Notes: generated by a model not told the origin, from the letters alone. Shown: positions 24,372 through 37,243, counted from the first letter of the stretch. The stretch: DNA of 64,000 bases from Dendrobates tinctorius (GCF_039654945.1 NW_027361959.1:7750001-7814000); one strand, 5' to 3'. Translations and numbers: made by a program.

Positions 24372-26335
24372 GTGAGCAGCCTGTTTCAGGCATGTCTAAC
24401 AAACATGGCAGTGCACAGCCATAGTGCTGAGCAGACGGAGATGTACATAGCAGAGAATATCTTCATATGTGTAGCTTACAGCGACACACGCCAGGGTTTT
24501 TTGTCAGATTTGTACCAAACCATTAGAAAAAAACTAACGTTTTCATGAAGTCTGATTCTTATGGAGATACAGGAAGTATGAAATAGAGCCATAATGCAGT
24601 CGTGACTCAGGGTTTTCCCACCACTAATTTTGCTTTTGCGTGAAGATTTGCTGTGGTGGGTAATATTATCCACAAATCTGCAAGGTTATGAGCACATTGT
24701 GGAATGAAAGTTTTACGCCTACTGCTGTAAAATCTAGGCAATTTTTTTCCCTGCACTGTATTTATTTTGGAAAGTTATCCACATTAACAATCTTTACCAA
24801 ATCCACCATGGCTAACCCCTTCATGACTGGGTGATGTTTGTTTTTTGCGCTTCAATTTTTTCCTCCCATTTTGTCAATAGCCGTAAATTTTCCTATTTTG
24901 CCGTCGACATACAGCCACATGTTTTTTTTCTATGGGACGTTGTAGTTTTGAACTGCACCTTTATATACTGTAAAAAAAAGTTTACTGAAACCGTGAATAA
25001 AAGATGACTCCACCATTGTGTTTTTTTGTTTATACGGTATTCATTGCCCCCTAAAAAAGTGACTTGACAACATTAATTTCTCAGGTCAGTACAATAATGG
25101 CATGCATAGTTCTTTTTATGTATAGGGGTATTCTGAAGTTTGGAAGTAATCTCTAGCTACAAAATAGGGGATAACTTCGAGATTACTAGGGGTTTGACCA
25201 CTGGGCCCACCGCCCATCTCAATAGCCAGTGTTCTTAGGAGCCCCATGTGAACAGAGCGGTGGGCCATTCACTCCCTTTATTCTTAGTGGGACTGCTGGA
25301 GATAGGACCGCCATTGTCTGTGCTGGTTTACGGCATGCCCCAACTTTATTGAAGTTCATTGCCCTGTTGAAAGTACTGGAAAGCACTAGTGCAGTACTAG
25401 TACTAGTGCAGCACTGGCAGACTGCTAAGTGTACACTTCCCCTGTAAGAGAGATCAGCAAGTTAGTGAGCAGAGGCAATTGGGTATGGAGTGCTAAAAAA
25501 GAACCTGTCACAGTGATAACATGTCTGACAGCCACTGAGCACATAACTACAGAAGCCCTTGGACTTTGTCAAGTTTTGAATTGAAAGACAGGTACACTCT
25601 CAAAGGGTAAAAATCCGCCATAAGGCCAGCTCCAGTCGCTGCTGTTAGAGGAAAATGCTGGCACTGTATCAGCATGTGTGGGCTCCAAACACTGGCACCC
25701 AAACCTGTGATGTACGCACAGTGTCACACATAGGGAAGGGTTTAAAATATGGGCATAATTTATAGAATTTTTTTTTTCACTTTTCTCAGTATTCTCTGTA
25801 ACGCCATGTGATTTGGAGCAGAGATGGCGCAGGTTTAGGCGTTCTGCCTATGTAATCACTTGTGGGCGCCCATTGTACTATACAGTCTACAGTTTGCTGT
25901 GGTGAAAAGATATCTGCTGGCTGCAGTATAACACCTTATATTCCACTCTAAATGATGATTATATCTTCTAAGCGTTCTTATAAAGGACTCCTTGTTTTGC
26001 AATTGTAGGATGCCAACCAGATGCTAGACAGTTGTGGACCTCCTGATTTCCCTTGTGTGTGATTATCACAGGCACTGCAACTTCTATCATGTAACATAGA
26101 TTTAATATTTAAGAGTAATATTCATCTTTCAACTGTCAAATCTGATGTGCTGTGTCATGGCCATGTTGTGTTGTAAACTTGACATACAAAGGATTTATTG
26201 TATTGCCGCTCTTTGTGTTAGTGTATTGCAGTAGCACTTGTGTTAATAGCTATGCTTATAAGGTTAGAAAAATCTAAATGGAGACTATAAATTCAAATAG
26301 GCTGTATATTACATTGATCATCCCTTTATAAACAG

Positions 26336-26503
26336 AGTCAAGTGATGAAGAAGAAGAGGCACCAGCGAAGTCCGCTGCAAAACCTGCTGCAAAAACTCCA
26401 CCTGCAAAAGCTGCTGCAAAAGTGATCCCTGGAAATGCTGCTGCAAAATTGACTCCAGGAAAAGCTGCATCAGCTAAAAAGGCCGCCAGCTCTGACAGCT
26501 CAG
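26336..26503 (+). CDS. NOLC1: NOLC1 repeat-module exon (ESSDEEEEAPAKSAAKP...KKAASSDSS)
   Basis: aacag acceptor, cag|gtgagt donor; 168 nt. Confidence 0.9.
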
Positions 26504-27038
26504 GTGAGTGGTGGTTGTATTCCTTGACAGTCTCAAAGAGGATCTTTCACCACTTTTAGCATGTCACTTTCATGTGCCCTGATAATTAGTAGCCGTGAGC
26601 AGGTTTTTTCCGCAAGCTGTTGTACTATTACTGAGCACTCAGTATGAACATAGAAGTTTTATTATACAGCCAACAATTTATTTTATTGGCCCAGAATGAT
26701 GGTTTTCTCTTCCAGCTATTTAACTTCTTAGATGCTGCTGGTGGTATCAGCTATGGCATATGCATTTTTTGGGGGTTTTTTTTGCAGAAGCAGGAGGCTC
26801 CCCACAATGCAATTTCGTTTTCTGTTAGCCCAGGCGACATCAGTCATGTAATAATTACATTTTTATCAGACAAATCCAACACTGTAATGTACCTGTGTTG
26901 TGTTGCAAACTTATACCTAAAAACAAGTGCTGTCCTATTCCTGCTATGTCATAAACATCCATAGTTAAGCCTATAAGGTTGGAATAGCAAAATGGAGATT
27001 ACAGATTCCTGATTGGCCGTGTGTTAATGTATTTACAG

Positions 27039-27185
27039 ATTCAAGTGATGAAGAGGATCAGAAGGCACCAGTGAAGCCCCCTGCCAAAACTCCAGCTGCA
27101 AAGCCTGCTGCGAAAGTAACCCCTGCAAAGGCTGCTGCCAAAGCTGCAGCAGCAAAGAAGGATTCAAGCTCTTCTGACAGCTCAG
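27039..27185 (+). CDS. NOLC1: NOLC1 repeat-module exon (DSSDEEDQKAPVKPPAK...KKDSSSSDSS)
   Basis: tacag acceptor, cag|gtgaga donor; 147 nt. Confidence 0.9.
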
Positions 27186-28789
27186 GTGAGATTACTCTAA
27201 TATCCCTACAGCAGATTATAGAATTTTCATTCTTTTTAAAGGGAACCTGTCACTTAATTTTTTGATATTAAATCTACTCCAGTGTGGTGTTAATGATGCA
27301 ATGTGTTATTTTCAAGCAAAACGGTGCCGCAATAGTCTCCAAAAAAAAAAATCCGTATTGTTATATTCTACCTTGTCTTCCAGTCATGGGTGTGGGTTCG
27401 CGTTGGTTTCAGGCACCGTCTCATCATCTTATCCACGCCCACCCACTTTGATCAATCTGCACTAACTGGCCCAACATCACAGGAATCCTTTCTGTATCCC
27501 GCACTTGCGCAGTGATGAGCAGCTCTCGGGCATGCGCACTGAATCCTGGTGTACATCTCCAGGTTTATTTACAGTGTTCGCATGCTCCTGAGCCGCTGCG
27601 AGTCACTTGGTTTCTGATGTCGCAGTTGAGTGGCGCATATGCGGTACATGGGCTGTCTCCCCGCCACTCAGATGCCACCGCAGACTGCAGTACATGTGGG
27701 CAGGATCTGCTCACATGCCTGATGTCAGCCCTCCATCCTCTTCTGTGTGTTTGCAAAAAGATAGGGAAGGATGAAGTTTAGGATCACAGTGCAGGGCCAT
27801 TTTGTTGATGACTGCAAAATGATACTGAGTTGTGGACAGTGTAACCAAGAACAGCCGGCAGAGCTGATTCTGTTAGTTGGTGCTGCTTTCTGTATCTTAA
27901 ACTGTGATTAAATACAAGGAGTGTATCACGTGCTGCAATTAATACCAGCGTGTTACACACCTCATATCTAGATAACAGGGCTCAGTGTAGTGTATCAAAT
28001 GATGGAGTTAGAATCACATATCTGGGGTGTATCACACGTGATGAGATTATATATACAGGTCTGGGGCGTATTATGCATTATGGGATAAGATACACGGAAT
28101 TTGGATGCATCACACAGGATAGAATTAGATATGCTGGTCTGGGGCGTGTCAAGCATGATGGGATTAGATACACTGGTCTTGGGCAATGATGCATCTATAT
28201 ATTACCTTGAAAAATAACTTGTATCTTAAAAGATATTGACAACATAGGGACATTTTTGTTAAATTTTCATATTTTGTAATAAAATTTATTTTAGTAGTTT
28301 TCATTAATAATGTGGCCTTGTAATGCATATTTTATTGCTGGCGGCAGAATAGTTTCATATGAGATTTGGGGCTGGGGTGTACATTAAAATCATGGGGCCC
28401 CATAGCAGAAGTTGTAATTGCCCCCCATCACCCCACCCCCCCAAAAAAAAAAAATTCTACTGGGTGGCAGAAGTGTATGTCTCACAGCTTTGCATCCCTT
28501 ACCAAACTAATTTTCCTTTTATTAAAGCACCTAGATTACCCTTTCAGGGCCTCCATAAAGTATGATGCCAACAAAAGTGCCACACAAACACAATTTTATT
28601 TCTTCACAGTTCCTTCCCCAAGTAGTGTGTTGACCCTACTGTACCCCCCTCAATTCCGCAGGCAAAGTACAGATACCCCAACACAGTATGACCCCCCCCC
28701 CCCCAACAGTATTATAGACTCCACACAAACCTTTATATTGTAGAATTGCTTGCATACATTATCAAGGCTCCCTTTAAATATAATGGACC

Positions 28790-29665
28790 CCACATATCCT
28801 TCCATATAGGTACAATGCACCTCATATTCTTCCATATAGTATAATGCACTCCCCATACTCCGCCATATATTATAATGCACTCGCCATAGTCCTACATATT
28901 GTATAATGCACTCACCATAATCCTCAATATAATTTAATGCACATCCCATAGCCCTTCATATAGTATAATGCACTCCCTATAGTCCTCCACATAGTATAAG
29001 GCACTCCACCTACTCCTCTATATAGTATAAGGCACTCCACCTACTCCTCTATATAGTATAAGGCACTCCATCTACTCCTCCATAGAGTATGAGGCACTCC
29101 AACTACTGCTCCATAAAGTATAAGGCACTCCACCTACTCCATATAGTATAAGGCACTCTCCATAGTGGTCCATATAGCATGAGGCACTCTCCATAGTGGT
29201 CCATATAGTATAAGGCACGCTCCATAGTGGTCCTTATAGTATAAGGCGCTCACCATAGTGGTCCATATAGTGTAAGGCACTCTCCATAGTCCTCCATATA
29301 GTGTAAGGCACTCTCCATAGTCCTCCATATAGTGTAAGGCACTCTCCATAGTCCTCCATATAGTGTAAGGCACTCTCCATAGTCCTCCATATAGTGTAAG
29401 GCCTGTTTCACACTTCCGTTTTTGTGTCCGCCAAACGGATCCGTTTCCGTTTTTTTGACGGAAACTGATGCAAACGGATCCGTTTTTTAAAAACGGATCC
29501 GTTTTTTTGACGGATCCGCGGTAACCGTAATGGAAGTCTATGGGACAAAAAAAACGGATCCTGCAAAAAATGGCGGATCCGTTTTTTTACGGAAAACAAC
29601 GGATTTTGACGGATTTGAAAAAACGGAAGTGTGAAACAGGCTTAAGGCACTCCCCCATAGTCCTT
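28790..29665. repeat. 29-31-bp minisatellite array (ccatatagtataaggcactctccatagtcct-like)
   Basis: About 20 diverging tandem units visible directly. Confidence 0.9.
29400..29642. mobile_element. Short Harbinger-type MITE inserted in the minisatellite
   Basis: TAA TSD; TIR gcctgtttcacacttccgttttt / aaaaacggaagtgtgaaacaggc; many acggatccg palindromes. Confidence 0.8.
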
Positions 29666-30099
29666 AACTTGCGCTCCAAAGCAGTTGAGGACTATCACAG
29701 ATTTTATTGCATACACAGCTTTGCTATGGCAGTGTATGCCTCCGTCAGAGAAAGATTTTACGGTGAGTAACCAAAAATCCAATTTTTTGAGGATACATTG
29801 TCAGTATTAGCCAAGGAAACTATATTTTATCATGTGCATTTTAAACTGTTGATGTATAAAATCGGATGCCACACAGAGGTAAAAAGCGGACACATGGATG
29901 GCAATATGGATGAAAATCGGATTATTTTTCATACTCTCGTCTCCCCAGCCTTACGAACCCCCTGTGTTGGTTATACTGTATATAGTTAGTAGTGCAAAGC
30001 TTCATTTATTGCAACACTTCACCCTTTTCAAAGTGGTATTATATCGACAAGTAAAGCATTGTGTAAGTGTTACATGAATTCCAAACTTTTATTTTGTAG

Positions 30100-30588
30100 A
30101 ATCTGACAGTGAGGAAGAAGCTAGCAAGAAACCTGCACCTAAACAGACTCCTGTAGCAAAATCTCCGGCAGTCCCTAAAGGCAAGACTGCAGAGAGCAGT
30201 TCAGATTCTGACAGCTCAAGTGACGAAGAGGAAAAAAGAAAAGTAGTTAAAACGGTCAAAAACCCTGCTTCTGTGCCTGTTTCTGCAAAAAAAACCATTG
30301 CTGTAAATAAATCAAAGGCAAGTAGTAGCTCCTCATCAGATACTTCCAGTGATGAAGAGGAGAAACCTAAAAAACCTGCTGTGAAAAAGAAAAAGTCCGT
30401 CCCAGTAAAAAAAGCAAGTAGCAGTTCTGAGGAAAGTAGCTCAGAAGAGGATGAAGCTGAGCAGCCCGCATCCACAAAAAAGGCTAAAACAGCTACTCCA
30501 AAGACTGCAAACTCCACACCAAAAGCAGTGGCCAAAAAAGCTGCAGAGAAATCAGAAGATAGTTCCTCCAGCGAAGATGAAGAAAGTG
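30100..30588 (+). CDS. NOLC1: NOLC1 large exon with several acidic-Ser/basic repeats
   Basis: ttttgtag acceptor, gtg|gtacgt donor; 489 nt open frame overlapping track ORF 30273..30614. Confidence 0.9.
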
Positions 30589-32873
30589 GTACGTTTCTTT
30601 CTTTTATGAGTTAAAACCTTTACGTCTTGCTTTCTGACATTGCTAATCACTAGAACGGAGTGACAGAGGGGCTAGGAATATGCCATGATACTTAACGTTA
30701 CAGCTCCACCATTTACGCATCCTTCCAGGAGAAAACTTAGGTGGAGATAAAATGGCTATGTAACACTCTTAAATAGTTGAAGGGGTTGTGTTTTCACCTA
30801 TCTCTAGATTTTTTTTTGGGTCCGACCATAAAAATCTGCACTAATCGGCAGAAGGTGGATCGTGTATCCCTGTTATGACTGGCATTGTGTATGGCCGACT
30901 TCCACTCCATTCATTCTCTGTGGGATTGCCGGAAAAAGCTAAGCGCAACGCTCAGCATAAGGAACACTGGCACTCATCATAACTGGGATAAAAGTTCCCC
31001 GTTCTGCCAATAGGATGGGTGACCCGCAACAATCAGCCAGTTATTGCCTATCCCTATAAGTTTTTCCACTGGACTTCACCTACTCTGTTTAAATAAATTT
31101 TATAATTATTGGGGTCTGACCACAGGGGACCCCCACCAAACAGCAGAATGGGGAACGGTTATCCCTTTAATAATGTACGACAGTGCGATTGCTTGTCTTG
31201 TGCTCTTTTCATTCCCTATGGGGCTGCTTAGCGCTATGCTTCACTATTTCCAGCAATCCCATAGAAAATGTAGCGGCGGTTATAAGTGGGATAAAATTCC
31301 CTATTCTTCTGTTTGGTGGTGTCCAAGCAGTCAGACATTCACTGATCAGCAACTTATCACATATTCTGCAGATAAATGATAACTTTTATATCACTGGACA
31401 ACACCTTTAACCCCTTCCTGACATGAGACGTACTATCCCGTCCACGGTACCCGGGCCCGTATGACCGGGGACGGGATAGTACGTCTACCGCGATCAGCGG
31501 CGCCCACGTGGTGAGCGCCGCTGATCGCGGCCGGGTGTCAGCTGATTATCACAGCTGACACCCGGCACTATGTGTCAGGGGCGGTCACGGACCGCCCCCG
31601 ACACATTAACCCCTTGCACACCGCGATCAAACGCGATCGCGGTGTACCGGGAGTTAAAGGGAAGCATCGGCAGGGAGGGGGCTCCCTCCGTGCTTCCCTG
31701 AGCCCCCCACGGCAGCGCAATGTGCAGCGCTGCTGCGGGGGACTCCTATCCTCCAGGCCCCCGAATCCAAGATGGCGACGGGGGCCTTCGGGGGCCTGGG
31801 GAAGCTGGCTTCCTCAGTGCCTGCAAAGCGCAGGCATGAGGAAGCCTTGTGCACTGCCTGTGACAGATTGCTGATCTGTCACAGTGATCTGTGATGTGAC
31901 AGATCAGCGATCTGTCACAGGACAGTGATGTCCCACCTGGGACTATGTAATAAAGTAAAAAAAAATTTAAAAAAAAGTGTAAAAATAAATTAAAAAAAAT
32001 CGCCAAATAAATTAGTAAAAAAAAAAAAAAATATTCCCCAATAAATTCATTTTTTTAAAATAATAAAAAAAAAAAACAATAAATGTACACATATTAGGTA
32101 TCGCCGCGTCCGTAACGACCTGCCCTATAAAACTGTCCCATTAGTTAACCCCTTTAGCGAACCCCTTAAAAAATAAAAATAAAAAACGAAGCAAAAAATA
32201 ATGATTTATTATCATACCGCCAAACAAAAAGTGCAATAACGCGAGATAAAAAAGACGCATATAAATATCCATGGTACCGCTGAAAACGTCATCTTGTCCC
32301 GCAAAAAACAAGCCGCCACACAGCATCATCAGCAAAAAAATAAAAAAGTTATAACTCGCAGAATAAAGCGATGCAAAAATAATTATTTTTTATATAAAAT
32401 AGTTTTCATTGCATAAAACCGACAAAAACATAAAAAAATGACCTAAATGAGGTATCGCTGTAACCGTACTGACCCGAAGAATAAAAGCGCTTTATCAATT
32501 TTACCGCACGCGGAACGGTGTAAACGCACCCCCCCCAAAAGAAATTCATGAAACGCTGGTTTTTGTTCATTCTGCGTCCCAAAAATCGGAATAAAAAGCG
32601 ATCAAAAAATTTCACGTGCCCGAAAATGGTACCAATAAAAACGTCAACTCGTCCCGCAAAAAATAAGACCTCACATGACTCGGTGGGTCAAAATACGGAA
32701 AAATTATAGCTCTCAATATGTGGTGATGCAAAAACTATTTTTACAATAAAAAGCGTCTTTTAGCGTGCGACAGCCGCCAAACATAAAAACCGCCATAAAT
32801 AGTAAATCAAACCCCCCGTTATCACCCCTTTAGTTAGGGAAAAATAATAAAATAAAAAAAATGTATTTATTTC

Positions 32874-33049
32874 NNNNNNNNNNNNNNNNNNNNNNNNNNN
32901 NNNNNNNNNNNNNNNNNNNNNNNNNNNNNNNNNNNNNNNNNNNNNNNNNNNNNNNNNNNNNNNNNNNNNNNNNNNNNNNNNNNNNNNNNNNNNNNNNNNN
33001 NNNNNNNNNNNNNNNNNNNNNNNNNNNNNNNNNNNNNNNNNNNNNNNNN
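32874..33049. other. Assembly gap (176 N)
   Basis: Run of N. Confidence 1.
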
Positions 33050-33079
33050 TGGGGTTCGGGTTGGAGTTAGAATTGGGGG

Positions 33080-34771
33080 TTTCCACTGTTTGGGCACATC
33101 AGGGGCTCTCCAAATGCAACATGGCGTCTGATCTCAATTCCAGCCAATTCTGAGTTGAAAAAGTCAAATGGTGCTCCTTCCCTTCCAAGCTCTGCTATGC
33201 GCCCAAACAGTGTTTTACCCCCTCATGTAGGGTATCAGCCTACTCAGGACAAATTGCAAAACAATTTTTGGGGTCCAATTTCTCCTGTTACCCTTAGGAA
33301 AATAAAAAATTGGGGGCAAAAATATCATTTTTGTGGAAAAAAAATGATTTTTTTATTTTCACGTCCGAGTGTTATAAACTTCTGTGAAGCACTTGGGGGT
33401 TCAAAGTGCTCACCACACATCTAGATAAGTTCCGTGGGGGGTCTAGTGTCCAAAATGGGGTCACTTGTGGGGAGTTTCAATAGTTTAGGTACATCAGGGG
33501 CTCTCCAAACGCACATGACAACCGCAGACCATTCCATCAAAGTCTGCGTTCCAAAACGTCACTGCTTCCCTTCCGAGCCCCGACGTGTGTCCATACAGTA
33601 GTTTTCTCCCACATATGGGGTGTCAGCGTACTCAGGACAAATTGGACAACAACTTTTGGGGTCCAATTTCTCCTGGTACCCTTGGGAAAATAAAAAAAAT
33701 GGTGACTAAAAGATCATGTTTGTGGAAAAAATACGAATTTTTTATTTTCACGCCCGGGCGTTGTAAACTTCTGTGAAGCACTGGGGGGGTCAAAGTGCTC
33801 ACCACACATCTAGATAAGTTCCTTGGGGGGTCTAGTTTACAAAATGGTGTCATTTGTGGGGGGTTTCCACTGTTTAGGTACATTAGGGGCTCTCCAAAGG
33901 CAACATGACACCCGCAGACCATTCCATCAAAGTCTGCATTCCAAAACGTCACTACTTCCCTTCCGAGCCCTGACGTGTGCCCATACAGTAGTTTTCTCCC
34001 ACATATGGGGTAGCAGCGTACTCAGGACAAATTGGAAAACAACTTTTGGGGTCCAATTTCTCCTGGTACCCTTGGGAAAATAAAAAAAATGGTGACTAAA
34101 AGATCATGTTTGTGGAAAAAATACGAATTTTTTATTTTCACGCCCGGGCGTTGTAAACTTCTGTGAAGCACTGGGGGGGTCAAAGTGCTCACCACACATC
34201 TAGATAAGTTCCTTGGGGGGTCTAGTTTACAAAATGGTGTCATTTGTGGGGGGTTTCCACTGTTTAGGTACATTAGGGGCTCTCCAAAGGCAACATGACA
34301 CCCGCAGACCATTCCATCAAAGTCTGCATTCCAAAACGTCACTACTTCCCTTCCGAGCCCTGACGTGTGCCCATACAGTAGTTTTCTCCCACATATGGGG
34401 TAGCAGCGTACTCAGGACAAATTGGAAAACAACTTTTGGGGTCCAATTTCTCCTGGTACCCTTGGGAAAATAAAAAAATGGTGACTAAAAGATCATGTTT
34501 GTGGAAAAAATACGAATTTTTTATTTTCACGCCCGGGCGTTGTAAACTTCTGTGAAGCACTGGGGGGGTCAAAGTGCTCACCACACATCTAGATAAGTTC
34601 CTTGGGGGGTCTAGTTTACAAAATGGTGTCATTTGTGGGGGGTTTCCACTGTTTAGGTACATTAGGGGCTCTCCAAAGGCAATATCACACCCGCAGACCA
34701 TTCCATCAAAGTCTGCATTCCAAAACGTCACTACTTCCCTTCCGAGCCCCGACGTGTGCCCATACAGTAGT
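33080..34771. repeat. Tandem array of ~390-bp units (left part)
   Basis: Near-identical ORF translations offset by 390 nt (33632/34022; 33823/34213). Confidence 0.92.
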
Positions 34772-35800
34772 TTTCTCCTTCGTCTCATTGGGGGACACAG
34801 AGACTGTGGGTGTGTGCTTCTGCCGTCTGGAGGCCGACACTAAGTGTACAAAAAAAGAGTTAGCTCCTCCTCCGCCGCATACACCCTCGCCCCTAGGCCG
34901 GGCGTAACTCAGTTTTTTGCTTAGTGTCTGATGGAGGCACACGCAGTCTGGAGTTCCAGACTAGATTTTTTTTTTTTTTTTTCCCTTTTTTCTATGAAGA
35001 TAAGATAGGGGCGACGGATCCTATAGAGAGGATCCGATCTCCCCAAATCACCAACGGGCGACCACGTGTGAGTAACCCTCCACGTGTCCTCTCCCGCACC
35101 GAGGGACACATCTGGGACTTTTTTCCAGACATCTATTTTTTAACGAAAGAGGGGCAACGCGTCCTGATTAGAGGACTCGGTTTCCCCACAACTTCATCAG
35201 GCGCGTGTGAGCAGAACCAGTGGTCAGCCTCCACGTTGTTCCTCTCCTACAACAGCAGTGTATGGAGGCCCCGTCCACCCCTTGGTTGTGAGTCCAGGGG
35301 GCTGAATCGGAGACGCAGGTGAGAGCGGGAGCGGGGGTTCCGGTACGCCGCGAGTAAAACCGACAGAGCCCCCCCCCCCCCTCCCCCCGCCTGCACGGCG
35401 GATGGTCCTGCTCACCTTTTAATATATGGGGGATCCGCTCCTGGAGCGCACCGCAAGTTGGCGTTGCACCCGGGCTCCGCACGCCGCGTGTATCGGAGCG
35501 CGGCCGGAAGCCCGCCGGCGGTCGCGGCCCCGCTGCAATCGCGCGAAGCCGCGCGCCGACTTCCGGTGGTAGCCGGAAGTCCCGCCCGCTGACTTCCGGT
35601 GGTAGCCGGAAATCCCGCCCGCTGACGAGACGCGCGATATAGGTTCCGGAGAGACTTCCGCCCTAACACCTCGCATCCACGCAGGGGTACTGCAGACAGG
35701 AGCCGGTGGGTGAGTGTATCTCCGTTTGGAGAACCACGCTGCTTGTCAGGGAAGAGGTTACCCTCCTCCTCCTTCTACTCTGCCTTCAGCCTGTGCAAGT

Positions 35801-37243
35801 ATGTCTGCCAAAGGGAAAGCTCACTCTTTCCTTTACGCGGTTTGCGTGTCCTGTGGGGTCAGGCTGCCAAAGGCACAGGCGGGTAAATATTGTGAAGCCT
35901 GTGAGTCGGAGCGCGCCCAGGAGCCCCCCACTGTTTCTGAACCCAGGGGTCAGGACCCCCCGGAATGGGCGGTGTCCTTATCGCAGTCTATGCTGTCCCT
36001 TACAAGGGCAATTGAATCCCTTCAGGGCCCGGGCAGGAGCAGGGAGGGGGGTCTGCCGGCGGAAGAGAGCTCGTCCTCGTCTCAGGACCCTCCAACCATT
36101 AGAGGTCGCTCCAGTACCAGGCAAGCTCATATCAAGAGGGTTCGTTCCCCGTCAGCCGGACCCTCCGGGGCTTCGGCGGCGGGTATTAGGGCATCCCGTT
36201 CCCCGTCACTGAGCTCTGGGAGCGATCAGGATGAAGGAGAGGAGGAAGAGGCCTGGAATCTAGAAAGTCTGGGGTTCCAGGATTCGGTGGACAGTCTCAT
36301 TGAGGCAGTCAACCAGACATTAGAGATCGAGGACGATGTGCCCACAGCCTCAGGTCACAAGGTCTCTTTTAAGAAATCCAGGCGACCACATAGAAGATTT
36401 GCCACGCATCCGGAGTTTGAGGAGCTAGTCCAGAAACATAGAGATCACCCGGATAAGCGTTTTGCAATGCAAAAAGCGCTGCAGGCAAAGTATCCGTTTC
36501 CTCCTGAGCTCCATAAGGCTTGGGTAGAGTCGCCAGTAGTGGACCCTCCGGTATCACGTTTAGCATCAAGATCGCTATTGTCGATACCCAGTGTTTCCTC
36601 TATAAAGGACCCAACTGATCGCCTCATGGACGGGCTTGCCCGCTCGGTATATGAGGCAGCAGGGTCGGCTCTGGCCCCCTCCTTTGCGGCGACTTGGGTG
36701 GCTAAGGCCATGGTTTCGTGGGGGGACGCTCTGTATAAGGCCCTCCAGGACAGGGATCTCCCCGCGGAGGTCTTAGAGGTGGCAAATCAGATGTCAGGAG
36801 CAAGTGATTATCTTGTCAGCGCCTCACTGGACGCGGCCGAGTGCTCGGCGGTGGCGGCGGCGAATGCGATCGCCATTAGGCGTGCATTATGGCTGAGACT
36901 GTGGAAAGCGGATTCTATCTCTAAAAAATCCTTAACCTCATTGCCGTTTCAGGGCAATCGACTGTTCGGTGAGAAGCTGGACAAGCTTATCTCAGAAGCC
37001 ACAGGGGGGAAAAGTAGTTTCCTTCCGCAGCAGAGAAGTTGCCCGGCATTCAGGCAAACGCAAAGGCGTTTTCGACCCTTTCGTAGCCCCTGGGGGGGGA
37101 CTTCGGCCAGGGCGTACTCCTCCGCAAACGATGGCCAGAGTAGGGAAAAACAAGTCTCTTACAGGGCCAATCCGCTGGGTAGAGGCCGAGGCCATTTACC
37201 CAGAGCGAAGGGGGCCAAGCCCCAAAAGCCTCCAGCTAAATGA
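35801..37243 (+). CDS. DIRS ORF1 gag-like protein (N-terminal CxxC-CxxC)
   Basis: ATG MSAKGKAH...CVSC...CEAC; open frame from 35714; homologous to ORF1 of 9994..15930. Confidence 0.9.
   Translation: MSAKGKAHSFLYAVCVSCGVRLPKAQAGKYCEACESERAQEPPTVSEPRGQDPPEWAVSLSQSMLSLTRAIESLQGPGRSREGGLPAEESSSSSQDPPTIRGRSSTRQAHIKRVRSPSAGPSGASAAGIRASRSPSLSSGSDQDEGEEEEAWNLESLGFQDSVDSLIEAVNQTLEIEDDVPTASGHKVSFKKSRRPHRRFATHPEFEELVQKHRDHPDKRFAMQKALQAKYPFPPELHKAWVESPVVDPPVSRLASRSLLSIPSVSSIKDPTDRLMDGLARSVYEAAGSALAPSFAATWVAKAMVSWGDALYKALQDRDLPAEVLEVANQMSGASDYLVSASLDAAECSAVAAANAIAIRRALWLRLWKADSISKKSLTSLPFQGNRLFGEKLDKLISEATGGKSSFLPQQRSCPAFRQTQRRFRPFRSPWGGTSARAYSSANDGQSREKQVSYRANPLGRGRGHLPRAKGAKPQKPPAK

Noticed and set aside
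25952-26046. Possible intronic box C/D snoRNA (ATGATGA ... CTGA)
   Set aside because: No convincing terminal stem or recognisable rRNA/snRNA guide; needs snoscan or Rfam support.
28790-29665. CRISPR-like periodicity (also 2978-3240 and 33080-42260)
   Set aside because: No unique spacers or cas genes, and the context is vertebrate; these are tandem repeats.
30089-30535. Antisense ORFs over NOLC1 exons (also 144..443 and 24094..24402)
   Set aside because: Shadow frames of low-complexity coding sequence.
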